From Candidatus Fraserbacteria bacterium (GTDB taxonomy: Bacteria; Bipolaricaulota; Bipolaricaulia; RBG-16-55-9), in assembly GCA_037442925.1 (NCBI GenBank), contig JBBIPG010000050.1:1-17058 (forward strand): a stretch of 17,058 nucleotides of DNA. The letters run 5' to 3'. Position numbers and translations under genes: made by a program. Under the pieces are notes generated by a model, which did no database searches, was not told the DNA's origin, and was given only the letters and a program-made list of their open reading frames with translations. How positions within the stretch are numbered: position 1 is the first letter of the stretch; every line of letters starts with the position of its first letter. Of this stretch, positions 8,419-16,884 are shown piece by piece.

Positions 8419-9312
8419 ATGGGAACGCTCATTGACGGGAAGAAGATAGCCCAAGGAATTCGCGAAGAACTCAAAATCGAAGTGGACCGACTCCGACAAG
8501 AGCATGGGATCGTGCCTGGGCTGGCAGCTGTGTTGGTCGGCGATAACCCTGCTTCCAAAGTCTACGTGAATATGAAGGCGAAAGCCTGTGGTGAGACCGG
8601 AATCTTCTCAGAGAAGATTCTCTTGCCCAAAGATACACCTCAGGATGCTCTTATCGCGACCATTCACGAACTGAACCGCGACGACCGGATTCACGGAATT
8701 CTCATTCAGCTACCCCTGCCGGCCCATTTGGATGAGCGTGCTGTGCTCCAAGAGGCCGACCCCCATAAGGACGTGGACGGCTTTCATCCTGTGAATCTGG
8801 GGAGACTCCTCTCGGCCAAGTACTGGCATGAGCTGCCACCGTTTGTGCCTTGCACGCCCGCCGGGATCATCAAACTCATTGAATCTACTGAGATCGAGAT
8901 CGAAGGCAAACACGCCGTCGTCGTGGGACGTAGCGTCATCGTCGGCAAACCTGTGGCGATGCTGCTGTTGGCCAAGCAGGCTACCACAGTGATTGCCCAC
9001 TCTCGCACGCAGAATCTAAGAGAACTCTGTCGCCAGGCGGATATTCTGGTTGTGGCTGCCGGCCGAACCAAACTCGTGACGGCGGATTTTATTAAACGGG
9101 GTGCGGTCGTGATCGACGTGGGGACAAACAAGATGCCCGACGGCAAGCTCGTGGGTGACGTGGATTTCGAAGCCGCCAAAGAGGTGGCAGGCTTCATTAC
9201 GCCGGTGCCTGGGGGCGTCGGCCCGATGACGATTGCCATGCTGCTCAAGAACACAGTTGAGGCAGCCAAGGGCATGGCCGCCAAGCTCGACGTTGTAGGT
9301 ACGCCCTCTTGA
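8419..9312 (+). CDS. folD: Bifunctional methylene-THF dehydrogenase/methenyl-THF cyclohydrolase
   Basis: IDGKKIA, YVNMK, GILIQLPLP, KDVDGFHP, PCTP, GRSVIVGKP, ITPVPGGVGPMT. Confidence 0.97.
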   Translation: MGTLIDGKKIAQGIREELKIEVDRLRQEHGIVPGLAAVLVGDNPASKVYVNMKAKACGETGIFSEKILLPKDTPQDALIATIHELNRDDRIHGILIQLPLPAHLDERAVLQEADPHKDVDGFHPVNLGRLLSAKYWHELPPFVPCTPAGIIKLIESTEIEIEGKHAVVVGRSVIVGKPVAMLLLAKQATTVIAHSRTQNLRELCRQADILVVAAGRTKLVTADFIKRGAVVIDVGTNKMPDGKLVGDVDFEAAKEVAGFITPVPGGVGPMTIAMLLKNTVEAAKGMAAKLDVVGTPS

Positions 9313-9320
9313 TTTTGTTC

Positions 9321-9350
9321 TTGCCTCGTGTAGATCAAGTAGTGTAAGAT
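9321..9350 (+). promoter_or_regulatory. Putative sigma70 promoter of the small membrane protein/symporter pair
   Basis: TTGCCT (9321-9326), 18-bp spacer, TAAGAT (9345-9350), 11 nt before ATG 9362. Confidence 0.4.
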
Positions 9351-9361
9351 CGCACTCAGTC

Positions 9362-9607
9362 ATGAGCACCCGGATCAAAGAGAGGATTCTCTGGCTGGTC
9401 GTGCTCATGATTGTCGGTCTGCACATCGATCTTTGGGGCTGGAATCGAATTGAGCCTCTCCTTGCCGGTTGGATCCCTTATCATCTGTGGTATCACGGAC
9501 TCCTCACCCTGTTCGTAGCCGTCTGTATGCTCTGGCTTGCCCTGCGGATCTGGCCAGATCCGCCCGCAGATCTCATCAGCAAAGAAGACATGGAGAAGTC
9601 CTCATGA
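9362..9607 (+). CDS. Small two-TM symporter accessory protein (DUF3311/DUF997-like)
   Basis: Two hydrophobic segments around EPLLAGWIPYHLW; ATGA overlap with the downstream SSS gene, the typical arrangement for this family. Confidence 0.8.
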   Translation: MSTRIKERILWLVVLMIVGLHIDLWGWNRIEPLLAGWIPYHLWYHGLLTLFVAVCMLWLALRIWPDPPADLISKEDMEKSS

Positions 9608-11106
9608 CCGAGGCTACGGCCTCTGTGCTTGTCGTGGTGGTAGTCTATTTGATTATCTTGCTGGCCATCGGCTGGTGGAGTTACCGTCGGACGATCCCCA
9701 CGCCGGAGGACTTCTTCATGGCTGGGCGCGCCATTGGGCCCGTGGCTCTTATCTTGATCATCTACGCCACGAATATGACGGCTTTCTACATGATGGGCGT
9801 GCCGGGTTTGGCCTACCGCCAGGGAATTGGCACCTACGGCTACGTCGCGTTTGCCTCGGCCTTGGTCATCCCTGTGATGTTCTATCTCATCGGCTATCGC
9901 GCATGGCTGGCGGGTAAGCGTTATGGCTATATGACTCCGCCGGAGCTCTTCGGCGCACGATGGCAGAGTCCCACAGTCTCGTTGGTGCTATTTGTGCTCT
10001 TAGTTTTCTATACAGTTCCCTACATTGTCACATCCGTCATCGGGGCCGGGCTGGCCGTCGAGTCGCTGACGCAAGGGCAGATCTCGTATGTCTGGGCCGC
10101 TGCAGGAGCGCTCTTAATCACCATGCTCTATACGGTCTTTGGCGGGATGCGCGGGACAGCCTGGACGAGTGTCTTTCAGGGACTGGTCTTCATCGTCGTG
10201 GGACTGCTCACGTTTGTGCTGATCGCTCAGGCTCTGGGAGGCTTTCAGGCAATCACCCAGCGCGTCTGGGCAGAGCGCCCCGATCTCCTGCAGCGAGAAG
10301 GGAACTTCGACCCCAAGGTCTGGTTCAGTTTCATGCTGATCGCACCGCTTGCTGTGATCGCCTTCCCTCATGTCTTTATGCGGATGCTCATCGGCAAGAG
10401 CCATCGCACGCTCAAGACTCTTACGGTTGTGTATCCCTTCCTCTTCTTGCTGACTTGGCCTCCGGTGATCTACATCGGCCTGTGGGGCAGCGTCATCTTC
10501 CCAGGGCTAGACGCCAAGAGCTCCGATGCGATTCTACCCATGATGATCTCACACTTCCTGCCAGCGGCCCTACTCGGCTTGGGCCTTGCTGCCATCTTGG
10601 CCGCCATCATGTCGACTCTGGATGCGATGCTGCTCACCTTGAGCACCATGCTGACCCGCGATATGCTGCGCCCCTTCTTTCCTGCACTGGTCGAAGAGAA
10701 AGGCCGTGAAGTAGCCTTGGCTCGTCTCTTCGGCATCCTCATCTCCGCTTTGGCACTGTGGGGAGCGCTGATCCGTCCGGACACGATCTACGCGATCGCA
10801 AGCTTCGCCTTCACGGGCTACGCCTTAACGGTTCCTGCCATGCTCGCTGGCTTGCACTGGAGGCGGAGCACAGCGACCGGGGCCCTGGCTTCCCTGATCG
10901 TACCCAACATCCTTCTGCCCTTCTACTACTTCACACCCTACCTGAATTGGAGCACCTTTGGATTTCTTCCCGTTGTACCGTTGCTGGCACTTTCCATCGC
11001 GCTTCTCATCGGCGTCTCACTCCTAACCTCCTCATCCCAGGAAGCGAGCAGCCGCTTCTTCAAACTCTATGACAAGCTGAATGGTGGGAGACAAGAAGCC
11101 CGTTAA
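9604..11106 (+). CDS. Sodium:solute symporter (SSS; PutP/PanF/MctP-like), substrate unknown
   Basis: EDFFMAGRAIGP, GVPGLAY, YTVFGGMRGTAWT, AAIMSTLD and many TM helices. Start set at ATG 9604 (SD GGAG, overlap with accessory gene) rather than 9469. Confidence 0.93.
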   Translation: MTEATASVLVVVVVYLIILLAIGWWSYRRTIPTPEDFFMAGRAIGPVALILIIYATNMTAFYMMGVPGLAYRQGIGTYGYVAFASALVIPVMFYLIGYRAWLAGKRYGYMTPPELFGARWQSPTVSLVLFVLLVFYTVPYIVTSVIGAGLAVESLTQGQISYVWAAAGALLITMLYTVFGGMRGTAWTSVFQGLVFIVVGLLTFVLIAQALGGFQAITQRVWAERPDLLQREGNFDPKVWFSFMLIAPLAVIAFPHVFMRMLIGKSHRTLKTLTVVYPFLFLLTWPPVIYIGLWGSVIFPGLDAKSSDAILPMMISHFLPAALLGLGLAAILAAIMSTLDAMLLTLSTMLTRDMLRPFFPALVEEKGREVALARLFGILISALALWGALIRPDTIYAIASFAFTGYALTVPAMLAGLHWRRSTATGALASLIVPNILLPFYYFTPYLNWSTFGFLPVVPLLALSIALLIGVSLLTSSSQEASSRFFKLYDKLNGGRQEAR

Positions 11107-11978
11107 CCGGAGTTCAGCCCGGCGGAGTCCAACACCCTGGGGACGTACCTCTCCCAGCCAAGAGGCATGAGGTGCACCCCTTGGCAGAGATCCTTGATCT
11201 CATGAATGAGGCGGGCGGCAATCTCAATGCTCTTCTTCACCCTATCTTCTGAGCGTTCCATCTCCTGGATGAGCGGCTCGGGCACGTGAACGCCGGCGAC
11301 GTTCCTGTTCATGAACCGTGCCATACCCGCTGATTTCAAAAGAATAATCCCGGCGATGACCGGGACGTTGAGGTGCTTGGCTTGGTCCATGAACGTAGCG
11401 AACTTCTCAGGTTCGTAGATCGCCTGGGTCTGGAAGAACTGGGCTCCCGCTTCGACTTTCTTCTCCATCTTGAGGAGCTGCGGCTCCAGGGGGTTCGCCC
11501 CTGGCGTCACTACCGCCCCCAGGCAGAAGTCCGGCTTCCCTTGGAGCTCCTTGCCGGCAAGATCGTAGCCTTTCCCGAGCGTTCTGGCGGTGGCCAAAAG
11601 CGAGACGGAATCGAGGTCAAAGACCGGCATGGCCTCAGGATGGTCCCCGAAGGAGACGTGATCTCCCGTAAGACAGAGCACGTTCTCCACTCCCATCACC
11701 CAGGCCGAGAGCAGATCTGACTGTAGAGCAATGCGGTTTCGATCGCGACAAGTAAGCTGAAAGATGGGCTCAATGCCTCGTTCCTTGAGAAGATGGGAGG
11801 AGACGAGTGGCCCGAGCCGCATCACCGAAGACTGCTGATCGGTGATATTGATGGCATCCACACACGAGCGCAAGAGTTCTGCGTTTTCCAACATCTCCAC
11901 GATGTCGGTTCCCTTGGGTGGACCGACTTCCGAGGTGATCACGAACTTGCCGCGGGCAAACAGCTCAGTCAGCTTCAT
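11103..11978 (-). CDS. metF: Methylenetetrahydrofolate reductase, acetogen/MetV-associated type
   Basis: SEVGPPKG, NITD, QLTCRDRNRIALQSDL, LCLTGDH, FDLDSV, KKVEAGAQFFQTQ. ATGA overlap with metV. Confidence 0.94.
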   Translation of the reverse strand: MKLTELFARGKFVITSEVGPPKGTDIVEMLENAELLRSCVDAINITDQQSSVMRLGPLVSSHLLKERGIEPIFQLTCRDRNRIALQSDLLSAWVMGVENVLCLTGDHVSFGDHPEAMPVFDLDSVSLLATARTLGKGYDLAGKELQGKPDFCLGAVVTPGANPLEPQLLKMEKKVEAGAQFFQTQAIYEPEKFATFMDQAKHLNVPVIAGIILLKSAGMARFMNRNVAGVHVPEPLIQEMERSEDRVKKSIEIAARLIHEIKDLCQGVHLMPLGWERYVPRVLDSAGLNSG

Positions 11979-12670
11979 CTCTGCACGGTCTCCTCAACTG
12001 CTTCCAAAGCCCATCGGGCGGTGGCTCTTACGCGTTTGGGCGGCTGCATCTTGGAAAAGTCTTTGAATTGGGGCGGGCTCTTCTTCAAGACATCGAGGCG
12101 GCCTTGTTGCTTGAGGCGCTTATAGATCAAGTGCCAGCCGCAGGGCCGAACCTCCGGCTCGACTTCGCACCGCCCGTCCCGCGCTCCTCCGCAGGGACCG
12201 TTGACCAAGCCTTTACTACAAGCAGTGAGCGGACAGACCCCGGCAGTTAATCCCAGAAAGCATTGGCCACACTCGAAGCAGCGCTCTACACCCGGCCATT
12301 CCCCGCGCACTCCTCCCAGCGAGATGGTATTGCAGGCCGGATAGACGGGCTTCTCCGGTAGCACCGCCGCCACAGCCTGGACTCCAATGCCGCAGGTGGC
12401 AGCTACGATGGCCTCGGCCGAACGAAGCTCTCTTTGATACACTTCCAACCCGCTCCTTACCAGAGCCTTCTGGCAGAGGAAGTCGATCACCTTCCAGCCG
12501 ACGATCTGCTTGCCCCTCTGCGCTATCTCGTCTTTCAGCTCTAAGACTTCTCGTTCCCCTCCGGTGCCCGACGCTGCCGCGCAACCATTACAGCCCAAGA
12601 GGAAGACCCTCCGTCGGCCCTCAAGCATCTTGAGTAGTTCCTCCAGCGGCTTGCGTTCAGAAAGCAGCAT
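11975..12670 (-). CDS. metV: MetV (MTHFR small Fe-S/Zn subunit; MTHFR C-terminal-like domain)
   Basis: GCNGC..GTGG, LCQ, CGIGVQ and the Cys-rich ERCFECGQC..GVCPLTACSKGLVNGPCGG..GRCEV..PCGW domain. Directly upstream of metF; SD GGAGG. Confidence 0.9.
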   Translation of the reverse strand: MLLSERKPLEELLKMLEGRRRVFLLGCNGCAAASGTGGEREVLELKDEIAQRGKQIVGWKVIDFLCQKALVRSGLEVYQRELRSAEAIVAATCGIGVQAVAAVLPEKPVYPACNTISLGGVRGEWPGVERCFECGQCFLGLTAGVCPLTACSKGLVNGPCGGARDGRCEVEPEVRPCGWHLIYKRLKQQGRLDVLKKSPPQFKDFSKMQPPKRVRATARWALEAVEETVQR

Positions 12671-12679
12671 CTCATCCTC

Positions 12680-14170
12680 CTAATGGACAGCGCAGGCCAG
12701 ACACGGATCAAAGGACCGGACGATGCGTACGATCTCGAAGGGATTTTCCTTATCTTTGCACGGGCTCCCTTCGATTGCTTGCTCGATCGGGCCGGGAACG
12801 CCGTTATTATCTCTTGGAGAGGCGTTCCATGTGGTAGGAACGACGCACTGGTAGTGTGCGATCTTCTTCCCTTCGATCCTAAGCTGGTGCAAGAGTGACC
12901 CGCGGGGAGCATCGACCAGCCCTGCGCCCCCTCCCTCCTCGGGGAGATCATATGAAGTGTAGACCGGTCCGCCCGGCTCAAGCTCGAGCACCCATTCAGC
13001 CATCGCATTGGCAATCAATGTGCAATCGAGCGCTCGTGCCAGGTGTCGCCCTAGCACGGAGAAGAGGGACTGCGGCCCGACTTCGAGTTCACCCAGGGCC
13101 CAGTCCACAAGCTCTCGAACCTTCTGGTTCCCTTGAGCATAATTCACCAGTATGCGCGCCAGCGGGCCGACTTCGTACACTTCACCGTCGTAACGCGGGG
13201 CCTTGAGCCAGGAGTAGGCTCCCTCCTTGCCCCAGTCAGGCTTGGTTTCGCCTTCTTTGGGATGGCGGGGGTCTTTGGACGAGGAATACCAGGAGTGGCG
13301 GACTGATTCGGTGATCTTGGCCGGGTCAAGCTCCCCAGCGTTTAGATCCATAGAGGTCGTGCCTGCCGAGAAGAACTTCCCGTTTTCTTGAGGGAAGCCG
13401 CCGTATGCCAAGAGATTCCCGCATCCTTTGCCGATTTCCAAATAATCAGGGTAACTTTGGGCGATCTGTAAGACATCGGGGACATAGACGTTATCGATGA
13501 AGCGGCGGATCTCATTGAGCCGCCACAGGAAGGAAACTATGAGATCCACCGTCGGGACACATGTGACCCCGCCGGGGACGATGCCCACGTTGTGGGGCAC
13601 CTTGCCGCCAAAGATCGCCAGCATCTCGTGAGCTTTGCGGCGTAAGTCAAACGCTTGCAGATAATGAGCTGCTGCCTCTTGGGCTGCTTTCTTTGGGAGG
13701 CGATAATCTCCCTCGTACCGCGGCAGGAACGGCCCCAGTTCTCCGCGAGCGAGAAACTGTTTCACCGACTGCAAGGCCGGGTCACTACCGTTGTAATCAG
13801 CCACCGCCGTAAGATCCACATAGTCGAGTGCCGACAGGTGATAGAAGTGAAGGATATGGGATTGGATGAAGTTCGATCCCAAGATGAGATTGCGGATGAT
13901 CCGACCGTTCTTTGTGATGTTCTTATCGATGCCGAAGGCTTGATCGAGGGCGAAGGTGGAGGCGGTGGCGTGGATGATGGGGCAGACACCGCAGATCCGT
14001 TGAGTGAGCAGGGGAGCGTCGCGGGGATCGCGCCCTTGCAGAATGAGCTCGAGGCCACGGAAGAGGGTCCCGGAGCTTCTCGCTTCCTTCACGACGCCCT
14101 TCTCGACTATGACTTCAATCTTTAAGTGCCCCTCGATGCGGGTTACGGGATCGATGACGATCTTGGTCAT
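12680..14170 (-). CDS. [NiFe]-hydrogenase large subunit (group 1-like, HysA-like but Cys-type, no C-terminal extension)
   Basis: IDPVTRIEGH, L1 motif QRICGVCP, YSWLKAPRY, APRG, VVPTTWN, L2 motif FDPCLACAVH followed immediately by TAG. Confidence 0.96.
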   Translation of the reverse strand: MTKIVIDPVTRIEGHLKIEVIVEKGVVKEARSSGTLFRGLELILQGRDPRDAPLLTQRICGVCPIIHATASTFALDQAFGIDKNITKNGRIIRNLILGSNFIQSHILHFYHLSALDYVDLTAVADYNGSDPALQSVKQFLARGELGPFLPRYEGDYRLPKKAAQEAAAHYLQAFDLRRKAHEMLAIFGGKVPHNVGIVPGGVTCVPTVDLIVSFLWRLNEIRRFIDNVYVPDVLQIAQSYPDYLEIGKGCGNLLAYGGFPQENGKFFSAGTTSMDLNAGELDPAKITESVRHSWYSSSKDPRHPKEGETKPDWGKEGAYSWLKAPRYDGEVYEVGPLARILVNYAQGNQKVRELVDWALGELEVGPQSLFSVLGRHLARALDCTLIANAMAEWVLELEPGGPVYTSYDLPEEGGGAGLVDAPRGSLLHQLRIEGKKIAHYQCVVPTTWNASPRDNNGVPGPIEQAIEGSPCKDKENPFEIVRIVRSFDPCLACAVH

Positions 14171-15037
14171 CTATGCCTTCTTTCCCTCACTCAGCTCCAG
14201 CGGAGCCGTCACGGTCATCTTCTCGTAGAACGGCGAGACGAGATCCGGGAAGCCCGGCTCGACACAGCCGTTGCAGGGCGCGCTGCAGCCGATCACCCAA
14301 TTGGTCCCGCCATTCCACAGTCGCAATGGGCAGTCAGCGTGGGTGATCGGCCCCTTACAGCCCAGCTCATAGAGGCAGCCCTCGTCACTAAGACACTTAG
14401 CAAACTTCCCCTCGTCGAAATAGGCCCGCCGGGGACAGTTCTCGTGAATCAGCTTGCCGTAGAAGAGCTTAGGCCGACGATGTTCATCCAGCTCTAACCC
14501 TGAGAGGCCTTTAAGCAGAATGCTTGCGACAGTGCCCACGAACCAGTCGGGGTGCGGTGGACAGCCGGGGACATTGATCAGAGGAGTGGTGATCCCTCTT
14601 GTGGCAAAGAGATCGCCGACGCCGACGCAACCGGTCGGATTGGGCTTGGCGGCAAAGATCCCTCCGAAAGAAGCGCAGGTCCCCAGTGCGATCACGGCCT
14701 GAGCTGTCCTCCCCAGAGATTCCACCCGCTCGACCATCGGTTCCTCTCCAATGGTCCCGTAGACGCCGTTCTCCGCTGTGGGAATGGCACCCTCCACAAC
14801 CAAGAGAAAGCGCCCTTGAAGATCCTGCTCTGTTTCTTTCAGCACGTTTAGGACTGGCTCCCCGGCTCCGGCCATCACCGTCGCCTGAAACCTCAGATTG
14901 ATGTGTCGGCCGGGAAGCACCTCGTCCAATAAGAGCTCAGAAATCCGCGGACTGGCCGAGTTGAGGACTGAAACAGAGCAGCCGCTACAGGTAGCTGCCT
15001 GTAACCAGATCACCGGAATCTCTTGCGTCTTCCCCAT
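14171..15037 (-). CDS. [NiFe]-hydrogenase small subunit, no Tat signal peptide or TM anchor
   Basis: VIWLQAATCSGCS, VVEGAIP, GTCASFGG, NVPGCPPHP, IHENCPRR, GCLYELGCKGP, DCP..WNGG..PCNGC. TAG-ATG abutment with the large subunit. Confidence 0.96.
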   Translation of the reverse strand: MGKTQEIPVIWLQAATCSGCSVSVLNSASPRISELLLDEVLPGRHINLRFQATVMAGAGEPVLNVLKETEQDLQGRFLLVVEGAIPTAENGVYGTIGEEPMVERVESLGRTAQAVIALGTCASFGGIFAAKPNPTGCVGVGDLFATRGITTPLINVPGCPPHPDWFVGTVASILLKGLSGLELDEHRRPKLFYGKLIHENCPRRAYFDEGKFAKCLSDEGCLYELGCKGPITHADCPLRLWNGGTNWVIGCSAPCNGCVEPGFPDLVSPFYEKMTVTAPLELSEGKKA

Positions 15038-15069
15038 CTTCAGATTCCCCCTACGATGGGTACGCTCTG

Positions 15070-15087
15070 CGAGTATCCCGAGTATCC
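15070..15087. repeat. Tandem 9-bp direct repeat CGAGTATCC x2
   Basis: CGAGTATCC at 15070-15078 and 15079-15087. Confidence 0.7.
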
Positions 15088-15112
15088 TAGGACGATCAGA
15101 GCAGATGGTCTA
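15084..15112 (-). promoter_or_regulatory. Possible internal sigma70 promoter upstream of the hydrogenase small subunit
   Basis: Minus strand TAGACC (15112-15107), 17-bp spacer, TAGGAT (15089-15084), in the only sizeable gap (15038-15138) of the cluster. Confidence 0.4.
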
Positions 15113-15138
15113 TGATCTTGAGCAGAACAAGCCCTGAC

Positions 15139-15531
15139 TTAGATCATTTTCAGTCGCTTCTCCACCCGCTTGAGCAGCTCCTCAGGGGTCACGGGCTTAT
15201 CGATGTAGTCCTCGGCTTCGAGTTTCAGCCCTTGAGTCACAGAGAGTGTGACCTCGCCCCATTTCTCCGCGAGGCTCGTTAGAATGATCACCGGGATCTT
15301 GGCAAGTTGGGGATCGGATTTGATCTCCTCACAGACCCGAAAGCCGTCCTGATGGGGCATGATGATGTCCAAGATCACCAGATCGGGCCTTTCGCTTCTG
15401 ACTTTGGCCAGCCCTTCTTTGCCGTTGTAGGCAACCGATACTTGATATTTCTTGCTCTCTAAGACGATTTTGGTGGCCTCGACGAAATCGGGATCATCGT
15501 CGATGATGAGAATCCTGGGCTTGCGCTCCAT
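15139..15531 (-). CDS. Stand-alone response-regulator receiver domain (CheY-like)
   Basis: ILIIDDD, phosphoacceptor PDLVILDIIMP, IILTS, DYIDKP. No output domain. Confidence 0.94.
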   Translation of the reverse strand: MERKPRILIIDDDPDFVEATKIVLESKKYQVSVAYNGKEGLAKVRSERPDLVILDIIMPHQDGFRVCEEIKSDPQLAKIPVIILTSLAEKWGEVTLSVTQGLKLEAEDYIDKPVTPEELLKRVEKRLKMI

Positions 15532-15945
15532 TTAGCCTCCTTTCCTTCCCTTGGCCAAGAGCTTCTCCACCCGATGGAGGAGATCTGGGGGGGCAATCGG
15601 CTTCTCCACGTAATCATCCACGTCCATCTCCAAGCCTGTCTCCAGCTCGTAGCGGCGGCGGCTGGCCTCCTCGCGCACAGCGGTCAAGATCAAGATGGGG
15701 ATATCCGCGTGCTTGGCATATCTTGGGTCCTCTTTTAAGGCCTTGATGACGCCAAAGCCGTCGAGTCTTGGCATGAGCAAATCCAAGACGATCAGATCCG
15801 GTGGGTCCTTCTTGATTTGCTCTAAACACTCGATCCCGTCTTTGGCAGTCGCTACCTGATACGCTTGGCTCTCTAGAATGGTGGTCATCGACACCCTGAG
15901 GTCTGGATCGTCGTCTACCAGCAAAATTTTCGCCTCTTTCTTCAT
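15532..15945 (-). CDS. Stand-alone response-regulator receiver domain (CheY-like)
   Basis: ILLVDDD, PDLIVLDLLMP, LILTA, DYVEKP. Start set at ATG 15945 (SD GAGGAGG); the ORF-track GTG at 15960 overlaps that SD. Confidence 0.94.
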   Translation of the reverse strand: MKKEAKILLVDDDPDLRVSMTTILESQAYQVATAKDGIECLEQIKKDPPDLIVLDLLMPRLDGFGVIKALKEDPRYAKHADIPILILTAVREEASRRRYELETGLEMDVDDYVEKPIAPPDLLHRVEKLLAKGRKGG

Positions 15946-15966
15946 CTTCAGCCTCCTCACTATATG

Positions 15967-16884
15967 CTATAACAACGGCCTGGGCAGTAAGTTTGCCCTC
16001 CGCAAGATTTCGGGTACGGCCTCCTCCCAGCCGACAGCCATGATGTGGATCCCGTGGACGCCGGGGATCTCTAGGAGCTGCGCGATGATCTCAAGGCAAA
16101 TCCTGATCCCCTCCTCCTTGGCATCCTTGGCGTCCTCCATTCGGGTTACAATCTCGTTGGGGACGACCACGCCGGCGACGTAATCCCGCATGTAGCGGGC
16201 CATACCGGCTGACTTGGGGGGGATGACCCCGGCTAAGATATGGACCTGCTTATCTAGCCCTCGCTCTACAACCATCTCCATGAACTTCTTGAAGCGCGAC
16301 ACATCGAAGACCGCCTGGGTCTGGATGAAGTCGACCCCAGACTGGACCTTCTTGGCCAATCGGATCACTCGAAACTCGAAGGGCTCGGCGAAGGGGTTCT
16401 CCGCCGCACCGATGAACAGCGGTACCTCACCTTGGATCTCCTTGCCCGAGAGGAGTTTTCTATCGTCCCGCATCTGCTTGAGCGTCTGGATCAGCTGAAT
16501 GGAATCTAAGTCCCAGACGCCCTTGGCCTGGGGGTGATCGCCGAGTCGCTGGTGGTCGCCGCTTAGACAGAGAACGTTTTGAATCCCCAGAGCGACTGCC
16601 CCCAATATGTCGCTCTGGATGGCTAATCTATTGCGATCGCGGGTGGTGATCTGCAGCACCGGCTCGATCCCCATCTGTTTCAAGATGACGCAGGAAGGGA
16701 AGCTACCCATGCGCACGATTGCCGTCTGATTGTCCGTCACGTTGACCGCATCGCAATGGTTTCTTAAAAGCTCGCCCTTACTCTCGATCACCCGACGGGT
16801 CGTCCCCCGAGGCGGACCAAGCTCCGCCGTGACAGCAAACTTGCCCTGATTGAGGATCTTTTCCAGATTGCTTCCAGCCTTCAT
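15967..16884 (-). CDS. metF: Methylenetetrahydrofolate reductase, second paralog (acetogen type)
   Basis: [70 protein letters not shown]. Confidence 0.94.
   Translation of the reverse strand: MKAGSNLEKILNQGKFAVTAELGPPRGTTRRVIESKGELLRNHCDAVNVTDNQTAIVRMGSFPSCVILKQMGIEPVLQITTRDRNRLAIQSDILGAVALGIQNVLCLSGDHQRLGDHPQAKGVWDLDSIQLIQTLKQMRDDRKLLSGKEIQGEVPLFIGAAENPFAEPFEFRVIRLAKKVQSGVDFIQTQAVFDVSRFKKFMEMVVERGLDKQVHILAGVIPPKSAGMARYMRDYVAGVVVPNEIVTRMEDAKDAKEEGIRICLEIIAQLLEIPGVHGIHIMAVGWEEAVPEILRRANLLPRPLL

Noticed and set aside
9960..10709. 249-aa alternate-frame ORF inside the symporter
   Set aside because: Arg/Ala/Pro-rich off-frame translation typical of high-GC coding DNA.
12680..14170. [NiFeSe] hydrogenase / selenocysteine recoding
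   Set aside because: The Sec-equivalent position in L2 is TGT (DPCLAC), the ORF has no in-frame TGA, and the stop is TAG.
15038..15064. In-frame upstream 'HRRGNLK' resembling a relic Tat motif before the small subunit
   Set aside because: There is no upstream start codon and no hydrophobic h-region, and the AGG GGG codons are simply the Shine-Dalgarno sequence; most likely coincidence.
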